Shown: positions 26,181-35,995, counted from the first letter of the stretch. The stretch is 64,000 bases of DNA from Bacillota bacterium (GCA_021803205.1 JAJZMB010000162.1:20718-84717); one strand, 5' to 3'. Numbers and translations are program-made. Notes: generated by a model not told the origin, from the sequence alone.

Positions 26181-27998
26181 TCAGTCGGCCGGTCCGGGCG
26201 CCGTAATGTAGACGAAGTCCCGGGAATCCGGCGACAGGTAGCGACTTCCTGGCCTGACCATGTTCGACATGAGCGCCGTGCCGAGCACTGCCGAGGAGCC
26301 CGGTTGGACTGGACGGTAAAAGTTGAAGGTCACCCAGTAGCTGTTGATGTCCAGTTGCATCGCCCGTCGCACCCCCATCAGGGTGAAGACCCGGGCGAGT
26401 GTGCGCGCCGTGACCGGAACACCAGCCGCGTACACGAGGTTGCCCCGCCCCGTGAGCGCGAGTCCGGACCTCCACACCCGTACCGCGCTACCCACGGTGA
26501 TACCCCAGGCGATACCCTGGTCGACGCCGAGGGTGGCACGCCCATGATCGACCAGCAGGTCCAGGTTCTGCAACAGGCTCCAGGGTGCGGGCGATGCCGG
26601 AATCTCGGTGCCCCAAGTCCCGAGGGCCACCTGATAGGAGCGGTACACCGCGAGCGTAGCGAGTCCCGCGGTGGGCTGCAGGTACCACTGCCCAGCGGCG
26701 CGGAATCCGAATCCGTTATATCGGCCCTGCAACCGCTTGAACCCGCCGTTGAAGGCCGCCAGCAACCGCGACCGGGCCGCCAGCGGCACTTCGCCGGTTC
26801 CGCGGAGGCCGCTCGGCGCTTGCGGGTGCTGCGTGCCGGCGACCAGATGCAGGTGGACGGCTCTGGTGTTGATCCATACCAGATCCACCCGCTCGTAGGG
26901 TCTTGTCGGGTCAGGCAGGACGAAGGTGCGCTCCATCGCCGGCTTTCCTTGTGCTGTCCCGCCGACCGGGACCCACACCCCTTCCCCCGGTGCCTGCGGC
27001 CAGCTCGGTGGTACGCGGAGGGCAGTGGGCCAGGTACTCGAACGCGCACGGCCCGACGCCGACGCTGATGAAGACGGCACGGCACCGGCCGATGTCGCGT
27101 CCCCGAGGACCGGCGCAGCCTGGCGTGCCGGCCTGTGGAACATCGAGTACAGGGTGCGGCGGACAAAGTCGCTGCTGCTGTACCAGAGGTCTTCGGCGAG
27201 AGCGACCGGTCGTGGTCCGAGCGTCCTGCGTACGCCTTCGACCAAGCCGACGAATACGTTGTTTCGGCTCGCGGTGGAGTGAGAAAGTACCAGCAATGGA
27301 GATGACGACACCCACTTGCCCTTGGCCAGGCTTAGCACAGCATTGTGCGGTCCTGCTGCCGGACTGAGCCATGCGACCGATATCTGTACGGCCTTGGACG
27401 GGAGGGTTGCCAGCCGAATCTTCGTAGCGGCCTGTGTCAACATGAAAGTGTGCGGCACGCCGGCCACGCCGCGGCCGACCATCACGGTCTGCGCCTGGGT
27501 GCCGGTTCCCAGCGCGTAGGCCAGATATTGCTGTATCCCGGTCAGGGCCAGCACGGCACCGCCGTGGCCACCAACGCGCTGCGTCGCGGGCCCGAATCGG
27601 GGGAACGCACTGCCCGCTGCGCCAAACCTCACCGCTGCGCCGTACAGCGCCCAAGGACTTCCCGCACGACGGGCAAGGGCCAAGACCTCTGAGGGCGTGC
27701 GTGAGCGACCCATGACCACGACCTCCGGGCGGCCGCGGTCGTTCAGCGCCACCGTTAGGCCCTGTTCCCGCAAGGCGGCTGCGGCGCTGACTACAAACGT
27801 CGGCATAACCGGCAGGACCTGCAACGACGGCCACCACTTGAGCGTCGCCACCACCAGCAGGAACGTAGCGCCAAGCGTGGGGACGAGCCGCCAAGGCCGC
27901 AGCCGCCTGCGTCTGCGCCGCTGTCCACGCCGAGTCGGGCTCGGCAGGTAAGGGATACGGGGCGTTCGCCGCCTGTGCGGGCCGAAATCGGCGTGCAA
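26181..27998 (-). CDS. membrane-anchored protein with a C-terminal phosphodiester glycosidase (NAGPA-like) domain
   Basis: It has an Arg-rich N-terminus followed by a TM helix. The C-terminal region (LAAFNGGFKRLQGRYNGFGFRAAGQWY ... ) resembles the phosphodiester glycosidase family. The N-terminal half is unassigned. Confidence 0.5.
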   Translation of the reverse strand: MHADFGPHRRRTPRIPYLPSPTRRGQRRRRRRLRPWRLVPTLGATFLLVVATLKWWPSLQVLPVMPTFVVSAAAALREQGLTVALNDRGRPEVVVMGRSRTPSEVLALARRAGSPWALYGAAVRFGAAGSAFPRFGPATQRVGGHGGAVLALTGIQQYLAYALGTGTQAQTVMVGRGVAGVPHTFMLTQAATKIRLATLPSKAVQISVAWLSPAAGPHNAVLSLAKGKWVSSSPLLVLSHSTASRNNVFVGLVEGVRRTLGPRPVALAEDLWYSSSDFVRRTLYSMFHRPARQAAPVLGDATSAGAVPSSSASASGRARSSTWPTALRVPPSWPQAPGEGVWVPVGGTAQGKPAMERTFVLPDPTRPYERVDLVWINTRAVHLHLVAGTQHPQAPSGLRGTGEVPLAARSRLLAAFNGGFKRLQGRYNGFGFRAAGQWYLQPTAGLATLAVYRSYQVALGTWGTEIPASPAPWSLLQNLDLLVDHGRATLGVDQGIAWGITVGSAVRVWRSGLALTGRGNLVYAAGVPVTARTLARVFTLMGVRRAMQLDINSYWVTFNFYRPVQPGSSAVLGTALMSNMVRPGSRYLSPDSRDFVYITAPGPAD

Positions 27999-28342
27999 GT
28001 TCCACCCTCCAGATGCGTGGACAGCGCCCGCATTGGACGGGCGACAGTCGGCAGTTCGTAATCAGGGGCTGGCACCAGGCGAAGCGTGCGAAGCCGGTGT
28101 GCCCGCGCCTCATGCCAAGTGCTCAGTCATCCTGAGCGCGCAAGATGAAGTGCGGTTGAAGGGCACATGAAGACAAAATGATTTTACTTGCAACCTCGAC
28201 CGAGCGCTGCGCCCCCAGCGTCGTCCAAGTGTGCGTGCCGCCCGCCAGCCGCAGGCCGAAGTGGGCGGGCGGACCCGAACGGCGGCCGCTTCCCTGGGTT
28301 CTACGCGCACGTCTGCGAGGCCTGGTAGGCAAGGTCAGTCCG

Positions 28343-28384
28343 CCCGCGATCGCTCCGGCGCCTCTGACGCCGGAGCGATCGCGG
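28343..28384 (+). other. perfect 16 bp stem palindrome in the low-GC spacer
   Basis: cccgcgatcgctccggcg-cctctga-cgccggagcgatcgcgg, then ttt. It could be a terminator or a protein-binding palindrome. Confidence 0.35.
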
Positions 28385-28499
28385 TTTCAGCAAAACAACA
28401 CGGCGTATTCATCTCGGTTTCATCCCGCGGGAGGAGACTGAGCGGGCACACCGGACAAATTCGGTCCGTTCGGTGACAACGGAAGGGAGGTGAACGCAG

Positions 28500-28787
28500 A
28501 TGCGATTGCGCGCACTTGCAGCCGCAGGCACCGGCATCCTCCTCGCCAGCGGCATCGCGGCCGCCGTGGCTGCCAGCAGTGGGGGCGTCTTGGCGTCCCC
28601 GACATCACCCGCTCCGCGGCCTCAGACCATAGGGACCGTTGCGGCGTCTCAGCAGAAGGGGTCCGTAGACTCTGGCGGCAACGTCCAGTCCGGCGCCGAC
28701 GTCCAGTCCGGGCCCAACGTGCGCGGTGGCGCTCCCGACGCCACCGAGGGCCACCCGAATCACAAGGACGCTGAAGCGGACGGCTGA
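28500..28787 (+). CDS. small secreted Gly/Ser-rich protein (95 aa)
   Basis: A strong RBS GGAAGGGAGG sits 8 nt upstream of the ATG. The signal peptide is MRLRALAAAGTGILLASGIAAAVAA. The gene lies in the low-GC spacer of the island. Confidence 0.4.
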   Translation: MRLRALAAAGTGILLASGIAAAVAASSGGVLASPTSPAPRPQTIGTVAASQQKGSVDSGGNVQSGADVQSGPNVRGGAPDATEGHPNHKDAEADG

Positions 28788-29401
28788 TCCGCGACGCCCG
28801 AGAGAGCGTCCGCCCGGAGCCCCGCTCGGGGCTCCGGGTTCCCTGGCGAACCGCCCACCAGCGTTGGATTGACGTTAGTCAACCTGCGCTGGCCCTTCAA
28901 GAGCAGCGCGCAGTCGTGTGCGCAAAGCCCCGGTGGAATGCACACACCATTGGAACGCGGGCGCGGGCCAGGGCTTCCCGATGCGTCGATGGTCCAGGGG
29001 CAGATGACCGGAGCAGAGGGTTTGTGTTACGGCTCACGAACTCTTCGGTGGTTCTGACCACGGTGGGTGCAGCCGGCGCCCCTCCGCCGAGGCATGGTGC
29101 CGCTTGGACTTCGCGGGTCCAGGGCAAGGGCTGACGCCCGCTCCGCGCCCTGGAGCCGCACGCGCCCAAGCTGCTTTCGGGATCGGGGCGGAGGGGCGAA
29201 AATCAGTGGCTAGGTCGAGTGAATGAATATCGTTCATCGGCGCCTAGGGTGAGCGCTTACACGGGGGGCAGATGCGCATCCCCGTGAAGGACTGCGGACC
29301 GGTTCACGCTCCCGGGCGGCTGTATTACCCATATCCCCGCCGCTGGTGTGGCTGCGAAGCCCCGCCCCGGCGGAGGGAGGAGCTGGTGTGGCTCCGCAGC
29401 T

Positions 29402-30151
29402 TCAACGCTGCCGGGCCAAGATGTCCTCCGCCGGCGAAACGGCGCGCAGGATCTGCGCGTAGCCGCGGATGGTGCGCGCAATGCGCATCTTGCTTCGTCC
29501 CTCTTTGCGCTCGTAATGCAGTTCCAGTGGCACCTCGACGCAGCGGGCTCCCAACCGGTGGAGCCGCAGGAGGATTTCCGCCATGCAGGCGAAGCCGTCG
29601 GTCGTCACCAGACCGTCGGCCCCGTAACGCGCGACGGCTTCGCGCAGGATGCGTACACGGTAGGCGCGGAAGCCACAAGAGTAGTCTCGCACCCCGGGCA
29701 CCGGGCGCATCAGGCCGAGGAACGCGCTGGCGGCGCGACTGAGGACCTTTCGGTGCCAGGCGAGGCCAAATTCGCGCCCGCCAGGACAATAGCGTGAAGC
29801 GACAACCACGTCCGCCTCCACCGCTGCGGCGCACATCCGTGGTATGAGCGCAGGGTCATGCGTGTCGTCGGCATCCATGGTCACCACCATATCGTCGTCC
29901 GCCAGTGGTCCGGCGGTGATCGCGGAGAGCGCCGTGCGCATGGCGGCACCGAGCCCCCGGTTGGTGCCGTGGCGCACCACCTGCGCGCGGGGGCCGTCGT
30001 GCCATGCTTCCACGCACGCCACCGTCCCGTCGCTCGACCCGTCATCCACGACCAGGACACCGTCCACCACCCCCAGGGCTGCCACGCGGCCAAGCAACCG
30101 CGGCAGCGCCCTCTCTTCGTTGTAGGCGGGGATCACCAGCCATCTCTGCAT
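29402..30151 (-). CDS. family-2 glycosyltransferase, polyprenol-phosphate sugar synthase-like (DPM1/ArnC/GtrB-like)
   Basis: VIPAYNEE is present. The DxD is VVDDGSSDGT. TMDADDTHDP is present. Confidence 0.75.
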   Translation of the reverse strand: MQRWLVIPAYNEERALPRLLGRVAALGVVDGVLVVDDGSSDGTVACVEAWHDGPRAQVVRHGTNRGLGAAMRTALSAITAGPLADDDMVVTMDADDTHDPALIPRMCAAAVEADVVVASRYCPGGREFGLAWHRKVLSRAASAFLGLMRPVPGVRDYSCGFRAYRVRILREAVARYGADGLVTTDGFACMAEILLRLHRLGARCVEVPLELHYERKEGRSKMRIARTIRGYAQILRAVSPAEDILARQR

Positions 30152-30164
30152 TTCATCGCACTCC

Positions 30165-31637
30165 TCAACCCGCTTGTGTGGATACCTTTGCCGGGACGCG
30201 GAGGGCGTAATACATCGCCGGTCCGGCCACCCTCAGCGCAAAGTGGGACCGGACGAAGCGCGCCACGCCCGGGGTGCTGAGCGAACCGACGGGGATGTAA
30301 TAGCGCGCACCCTCGGACATCCAGAGGTGCAACTCGGCCATGGTGAGCTTGCTGGTCCGCCAACCGTGGTGGCGGCTGTAGAAAAGGATGGGCGGATTCT
30401 CGGTTCCCAGAATCACGGTCCCCGGTCCGAGAGCCCGGTGCAGGGCGGTGCCGATGCGGTAGTCCGGCCAGTTCAGCCTGTATAGTTCCCGGAGCGGTCC
30501 CAGTGACGACAGGGGCATGGCGAGTACCAGGCATCCCGCCAGCAGGAGGCGTGCGGCGGGAAGGCGGGCCAGTATCTCCGCCATGCCGACGCCTTCGGCC
30601 AGCGCAAGCCACGGGAGCAGGGGCAGGAGATAATATTCGAAGCGGATGTTCTGGACGACGAGCACGCACCAGAGTAAGAGCGCGCCGCCCCATGCCCAGA
30701 ACCAAGCCTGCCCGCGCAGTCGGGACGACGGCAGCCCGACCGCCAGCGGAACAAGTCCCACTCCGGTGATGGAGGTCTGCACCAGGAAATGGCCCCAGAA
30801 TGCAGCAGCGGCTGGCATGCCGACGTGGAGGTCGGACCGCATCAGAAACGTCAGAATCAGGGTGACGAAGTCGTCTCCCGGACTCACCCGTGATCCTGCG
30901 TACATGGTGTACGCGCCGGTGATCAGGACGGGCGCCACAACCAGCATCCAGGGCGCGAGTCGGTCCCAGCGGCTCCTCTGGAGGGCCAGCAGGAACACGG
31001 CGGGCGCGACCAGCAGGGCCGGCAGCTTGGCCGCCACGGCGAAGATGAAGGCCGCTACGGCCAGCAGGTAGTTGCCCGCACCGCCGCGCGCGGCCCAACG
31101 ATCGGTGGCCCACAGGGCCGCCAGGCTCCCGGCCATCATCGCCGGCTCCGGTTGGAACGCCCGCCCGAAGAAGATGCCCAGCGGCTGCACACTGTACACC
31201 GCAGTGGCCAGGAGGGCGATGCGCGCGCCCATGCGTCGGCGCAGGAACAGCCAGAGAAAGATGAGCGACGCGGCTGAGTAGGCCACGGCCACGCCGTGTA
31301 GCAGCCAGTTGCCGAAGGGGAGCCAGTGGGCGAGGACGGCCACTGTCCAGGGCAGGAACGGTACCTCCAATTGGACGTAGTTCGGACCGGGGCCGTCGTA
31401 GAAGAGTTGCGGCAACAAGCGCAGCCCGTCATGGAGGAAAAACCATGCCTCGCTCGCCGTGTCGGTCTGCCGCCAGTCGGAATCGTCGATCAGCGGCATG
31501 CCCGCATGATAGAGGCGCACCGCCACGAACAGCACCAAGACGACGGCGAACAGCCCACAGACGATCCACTCCGATCGGTCGGGGTGGGCCTCGCCCGGAT
31601 TCCGCTTGCTCCCCGCGACGGCTACCCCCTTGTGCAT
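30165..31637 (-). CDS. GT39/PMT_2-family membrane glycosyltransferase (ArnT / protein-O-mannosyltransferase-like)
   Basis: It is a polytopic protein of about 490 aa. The first periplasmic loop carries an acidic motif (PLIDDSDWRQTD), as in ArnT/PMT. The stop overlaps the GT2 start by 14 nt. The start at 31637 is uncertain; 31688 is an alternative. Confidence 0.6.
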   Translation of the reverse strand: MHKGVAVAGSKRNPGEAHPDRSEWIVCGLFAVVLVLFVAVRLYHAGMPLIDDSDWRQTDTASEAWFFLHDGLRLLPQLFYDGPGPNYVQLEVPFLPWTVAVLAHWLPFGNWLLHGVAVAYSAASLIFLWLFLRRRMGARIALLATAVYSVQPLGIFFGRAFQPEPAMMAGSLAALWATDRWAARGGAGNYLLAVAAFIFAVAAKLPALLVAPAVFLLALQRSRWDRLAPWMLVVAPVLITGAYTMYAGSRVSPGDDFVTLILTFLMRSDLHVGMPAAAAFWGHFLVQTSITGVGLVPLAVGLPSSRLRGQAWFWAWGGALLLWCVLVVQNIRFEYYLLPLLPWLALAEGVGMAEILARLPAARLLLAGCLVLAMPLSSLGPLRELYRLNWPDYRIGTALHRALGPGTVILGTENPPILFYSRHHGWRTSKLTMAELHLWMSEGARYYIPVGSLSTPGVARFVRSHFALRVAGPAMYYALRVPAKVSTQAG

Positions 31638-31857
31638 GCTGCCGTCGGACCGAAACGCCCTCTGCGGTTCCGGCGCGCTCGGGCTCATCCCCTGCCGTTC
31701 ACGCGGTCGCGCACAATGCCCGGTACATTCCAGCGCAAGCATATCGTCTGTCTTGGGGGATCGCCGTGCCCTGGCCGGCGCAGGGTGCCTGAACGGATTC
31801 CCTTGGCGCAGGCCACCGCCGCCGCGTGCTGCCGTGTGGGACCCCCTCCGTGCGCGG

Positions 31858-33375
31858 TCAGCAGACGCGCACCGTCTCCACCCCGAGGAGCTCGCCGAGT
31901 TTGCCGATCTCGTCGGCGACACGGCCGACGCCGAGCGCGACGTGATGGGTCGGGCCCTGGGCACACCAGGCGTTCACGAACTCGGCCGGGCCAAGGGCGA
32001 AGCGCACGCGACTGTTGGTGTTGCCGATCCGCAGTACGGGTCCTGGGAGCGACTCGCCTTCCGCCGTGATGAACCTCAGTCGCCCGTCGCCGGTCTGGGT
32101 GACACCCAGGATCGTGACCGGTCCGGTGCGCACATTGAACTCTACCGATACACCGCGACCCGCCTTGCCGTGGTACAGGCCCAGGCCGCGCAGCCCCGGC
32201 CGCCGATCGGAGATGGCCAGGTGTCCGGGGCCGTCGTGTCCCATCAGCACAAATCCCTCCACGAAGTCCATGGCATAGATCTCGGTGTAACTGCCACCCG
32301 CCCCCAGGCGGTCCAGAATCGTCATCGCCACGCAGTTCTTGAGGTCGCCCTCGCCCGAGCAGGGAATGCCCCTGGCCGTCAGGAGGGAACCCCCGAGGAT
32401 CAGGGCCGCCCCAAGATCCTGGTTGGCCCCGCTGCCATGATAGTAATACGCCAATCCGGTGAGGCCCCTGGATCGGACCAGCCGTTCCATGCCGGCCGCC
32501 ACCCGGGCGGCCCACGCCAGGTCGATCGGAGAGACGCTGGCGTCCATGTCGAACATGCGCCGCGTCAGCGCCAACACATTGTCGCTTTCCGCGGGAGGGG
32601 CCGCAGCCACTTCGGCGGCGAGCTCTTCCATCTCAAGCACCTCCACGTGGAGGCCGAAAACGGCGTGGTGCTGAGTGAAGTCAGAATACATGTCCAGCAT
32701 GCCGGGATACGTGTGACCAAGAAAGCCGATGCGCGCGTCGCGCAGGGAGCGGCGCAGCCCGGCAGCCCGGCACCAGTGGGCGATTTCCGTCCATGCCCGT
32801 TCCCCGTGAGGTCCGATGAGCGTACCGGAGACCACGCGGAAGGCAAGCCCGCAACGGGACAGCGCACCGGAGAGCTCCGGCACGCAGCAGGCGCTGCAGT
32901 GGGCCAACCACTCGGCCGTGTCCGCCCGCCCATAATCGAGTCGGTCGGCCGGCTGAAGGTTCAGCACCAGCACCGGCGCCCCCGCGCGCTGAACAAGAGG
33001 AAGGATCTGGGCGGATGCGGCGTAGGTGGCGACATGGATGACGATGAGGTCCACCCCGGCCGAGGCCAGTTCTTCTCCCGCTGATCGTCCAACCTCGGCG
33101 GTATCCACCATGCCGACGTCGACCACCTCGGCCATCTCGGCGAGGCGGCGGCGGACAATGCCCGCGTACCCGAGCAGCCTTTCCCGCAGACGGGGGAACT
33201 GGGGCCAATAGGCCCGCAGGCCGATGGTGCAGAGGCCGACGACGGGACGTGCCGGACCCGCCAGGCGCCCAAGCGCGGCAAGCGTCGCAGAGACGGCTTC
33301 CAGCCCGGAACCCCCTGCGTCGCGGGGGCTCGGCGGGAGGGGGAGATCGGAACTGTTGCGGCTCACGCTGCTCAC
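31858..33375 (-). CDS. L-arabinose isomerase family protein (AraA-like)
   Basis: GEGDLKNCVAMTILDRLGAGGSYTEIYAMDF ... GHDGPGHL ... GPTHHVALGVG aligns with AraA motifs (GEGDWKTA ... GSHMLEV ... GGAHHTV). Confidence 0.55.
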   Translation of the reverse strand: MSSVSRNSSDLPLPPSPRDAGGSGLEAVSATLAALGRLAGPARPVVGLCTIGLRAYWPQFPRLRERLLGYAGIVRRRLAEMAEVVDVGMVDTAEVGRSAGEELASAGVDLIVIHVATYAASAQILPLVQRAGAPVLVLNLQPADRLDYGRADTAEWLAHCSACCVPELSGALSRCGLAFRVVSGTLIGPHGERAWTEIAHWCRAAGLRRSLRDARIGFLGHTYPGMLDMYSDFTQHHAVFGLHVEVLEMEELAAEVAAAPPAESDNVLALTRRMFDMDASVSPIDLAWAARVAAGMERLVRSRGLTGLAYYYHGSGANQDLGAALILGGSLLTARGIPCSGEGDLKNCVAMTILDRLGAGGSYTEIYAMDFVEGFVLMGHDGPGHLAISDRRPGLRGLGLYHGKAGRGVSVEFNVRTGPVTILGVTQTGDGRLRFITAEGESLPGPVLRIGNTNSRVRFALGPAEFVNAWCAQGPTHHVALGVGRVADEIGKLGELLGVETVRVC

Positions 33376-33873
33376 TCCTCATGGTTGGTGTACCCTGGGA
33401 GAGTCGCGGCGACATCGGCTCGGGACCGGGTCGGTGCCGCAGGTCTCCATCCCGCACGGAGGACAAGGGGACCGTATACGCCAGCCGGTGGCGCAACCCC
33501 CCTGCGGAAGGTCGATGGCGCGGTGCGCGACCTTCAGATGCTCGGCCGTGGACGGAGGGTTCAGGCGAGATCGGTCGCCGCATCCGGCGGCATCGCGGCC
33601 GGATGCGGGTCGTCCTGTGGGCGATCCCCGGGCCGGCCGGGATCCTCGCGCGCGCGACCTTCCTTTCCATACTGCTTGACTTGGTGGGAACCCGGCTGGG
33701 CACCGGAGGAGGTGGGGGCACCGGCCCAGTCCCGGGGGGGGCCGGGCTTGCTTGCCGCCTTGGGGGCCGTCCTGGCGGAAGCCCGTGCACGGGCGGGTGG
33801 GACCCCCGGTCGGGGACGATGCCCCGCTGATCTGCGGCGATGGTGCGCTCCCTCCGGCGTCCCGTCTGCACCG

Positions 33874-33902
33874 TCCACAGAGGTGCCATTTTATGGCATA
33901 AT
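33874..33902 (+). promoter_or_regulatory. candidate sigma-A promoter for tsaD (extended -10)
   Basis: tccaca (-35), a 17 bp spacer, then TGgCATAAT (extended -10). It lies about 220 nt upstream of the tsaD ATG. Confidence 0.35.
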
Positions 33903-34120
33903 ACTTGGGGCGGATCTCGGCCGTCCGGTGGACGGTGGGCGGGGAGCTTGCTTGCCTCGCGCCCGGGGACCCCGGCAAGTGCTCGGCGCGCGCCGGGTGC
34001 GGTGTGCGCCATTGGCGAAGCGGCGGCGGGCGCACCGGCGCCTGTGTGGGGCGGTTGCACGGGGGGGGGAGGGGACGGCCCGGCACTGTTGAGTAACGTG
34101 GGTGGCGGGAGAGGGTATAC

Positions 34121-35191
34121 ATGCGGCCGGTGGGGCGCGGCTTATGTTTGGGCATCGAGACCAGTTGCGATGAGACGGCGGCCGCGGTCGTTGTGGGCGA
34201 CGGAACGGTGCAGAGCAGCGCGGTCGCCAGCCAGGCGCACCTGCATGCGCAGTACGGGGGCGTTGTTCCCGAACTCGCGGCGCGGCACCATGTTGCGGCG
34301 GTGCTGCCGACGGTCGACCGCGCCCTTGAGGATGCGGGCGTGGCTTGGGAGGACCTTGATCTGGTCGCGGTTACGCGCGGGCCGGGGTTGCCGGCGGCGC
34401 TGCTGGTCGGAGTCGCCGCAGCTAAGGCCATCGCGTACGCGCGGGGCCTGCCGCTGGTCGGGGTCAACCACTTGGCGGGACACGTGTACGCCCACGCGCT
34501 GGGCGTCCCGCCCGGCGTGGGGCCCGATCCCCTGCCACGTCCCGCTGTTTGCCTGGTTGTCTCCGGTTCGCATACGGACCTCTGCCTGCTGCCAGCGGAG
34601 GGCGGTTTGACACTCCTGGGGACGACGGTCGACGATGCGGCGGGGGAAGCATTCGATAAGGTAGCCCGCCTCCTCGGCTTGGGCTACCCGGGCGGGCCCG
34701 CCCTGGATCGCCTGGCGGCGGGGGGCGACCCTGCCGCTGTGACCCTGCCGCGGACCCACAGACCGATGGCGGGGCCACGGCGCCCGGATCCGCGCCTGGT
34801 GGCCGGACCGTTCGCGTTCAGCTTCAGCGGTCTCAAGACCGCAGTGGCGACCCGACTGGATAACGGTCCCGACGTACCGCCGGCGGACCTGGCCGCATCA
34901 TTTCAGGCGGCCGTGGTGGACGTCCTGGTTACCAAGACGATGGCGGCCGCGGACGCGTACGGGGTGGGCACCGTACTGGTCGCCGGCGGCGTCGCCGCCA
35001 ACTCGGCCCTGCGCCGCACGCTCCAAGCCGCATGCGCCTCCGGCGGAAGGCAGTCGCGCTTCCCGCCGCCGGACTACTGTACCGACAACGCGGCGATGAT
35101 CGCGATAGCCGGGTGGGTGGCGCACCGGCAGGGTCGAAGGGACGGTTGGGACCTCGACGCCGAGCCCAACCTCCCGCTGCAATTGCCCTGA
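34121..35191 (+). CDS. tsaD: tRNA N6-adenosine threonylcarbamoyltransferase TsaD (Kae1/Gcp)
   Basis: LGIETSCDETAAAVV is present. The metal site HLAGHVYA is present. GPGLPAALLVG is present. The RBS is gggagaggg. Confidence 0.8.
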   Translation: MRPVGRGLCLGIETSCDETAAAVVVGDGTVQSSAVASQAHLHAQYGGVVPELAARHHVAAVLPTVDRALEDAGVAWEDLDLVAVTRGPGLPAALLVGVAAAKAIAYARGLPLVGVNHLAGHVYAHALGVPPGVGPDPLPRPAVCLVVSGSHTDLCLLPAEGGLTLLGTTVDDAAGEAFDKVARLLGLGYPGGPALDRLAAGGDPAAVTLPRTHRPMAGPRRPDPRLVAGPFAFSFSGLKTAVATRLDNGPDVPPADLAASFQAAVVDVLVTKTMAAADAYGVGTVLVAGGVAANSALRRTLQAACASGGRQSRFPPPDYCTDNAAMIAIAGWVAHRQGRRDGWDLDAEPNLPLQLP

Positions 35192-35236
35192 GCACGTGCG
35201 TGCAACGCGGCGTCGGGAGGGAGGTTTCCGCCCGGC

Positions 35237-35995
35237 ATGGCTCTCTATAAGACCGACGCCATCTTCTTACGCGTGCAGCCGTTCGCCGAGGCGGACCGCC
35301 TGACCACGCTGCTGACCCCGGAGTACGGTAAGGTCCGCGCCGTGGCCAAGGGGGCGCAGAAGGGACGCGGCGCGCTCACGGCTGCCGTGCAGCCCTTCGT
35401 TCGGGCGCGCCTGGTCCTGTGGCAGGGCCGGCAACTCGACGGCATCAGCCAGGCGGAGGTCGTGGCAGCCCACCGTTCGCTCATCGCGGATCTCGCGCGC
35501 CTGGCCGCCGCGAGTTACTGCTGCGATCTGGCCGACGCCTTTACCACCGAGGGGCAGGAGGCGGTGCGCATCTTCTCCCTGCTGGCGCTGGCCCTGACCT
35601 GGCTCGACGGGGCCTCTGCGGAGGCGCAGGTCCCGGTGCTCCTGCGCTGGTTCGAGATGGGCCTGCTGCGTGCGGCCGGGTTCCTTCCCGAATGGTGGTC
35701 CTGCACCGGTTGCGGCCGGCCCCTCGGTGAGCCCCAGGGCCGGATCAGGTTCTCGCCGTCGGGAGGCGGCTTGCTCTGTCCGGACTGTTCCCTGTCCGAT
35801 CCTCAAGGCATCTGGCTGTCCCGCAACGCGGTGCGTGCCCTGCGCCACCTGGCCGGCGCCCGGGCGGCGTCTCTGGACGCAGTGCGGGTCGGTCCCCTGA
35901 CGATGGGAGACATGGATCGGGCCCTCTCCCGCCATATTCGGGGAATCCTGCAGCGGCCGCTGGTGTCACGCGCCGTGTTGGACACGCTATCCTGA
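35237..35995 (+). CDS. recO: DNA repair protein RecO
   Basis: The OB-fold N-terminus (LYKTDAIFLRVQPFAEADRL) is present. The C-terminal zinc finger CTGCGRPL ... CPDC is present. Confidence 0.8.
   Translation: MALYKTDAIFLRVQPFAEADRLTTLLTPEYGKVRAVAKGAQKGRGALTAAVQPFVRARLVLWQGRQLDGISQAEVVAAHRSLIADLARLAAASYCCDLADAFTTEGQEAVRIFSLLALALTWLDGASAEAQVPVLLRWFEMGLLRAAGFLPEWWSCTGCGRPLGEPQGRIRFSPSGGGLLCPDCSLSDPQGIWLSRNAVRALRHLAGARAASLDAVRVGPLTMGDMDRALSRHIRGILQRPLVSRAVLDTLS

Noticed and set aside
30165-31964. N-terminal 109 codons of the GT39 ORF, and N-terminal extensions of the sortase (56102-56866), dnaG (43557-43850), nnr (9746-9871) and isomerase ORFs
   Set aside because: These extensions lack homology and signal or TM logic. 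Internal starts with an RBS and the expected N-terminal motifs exist.
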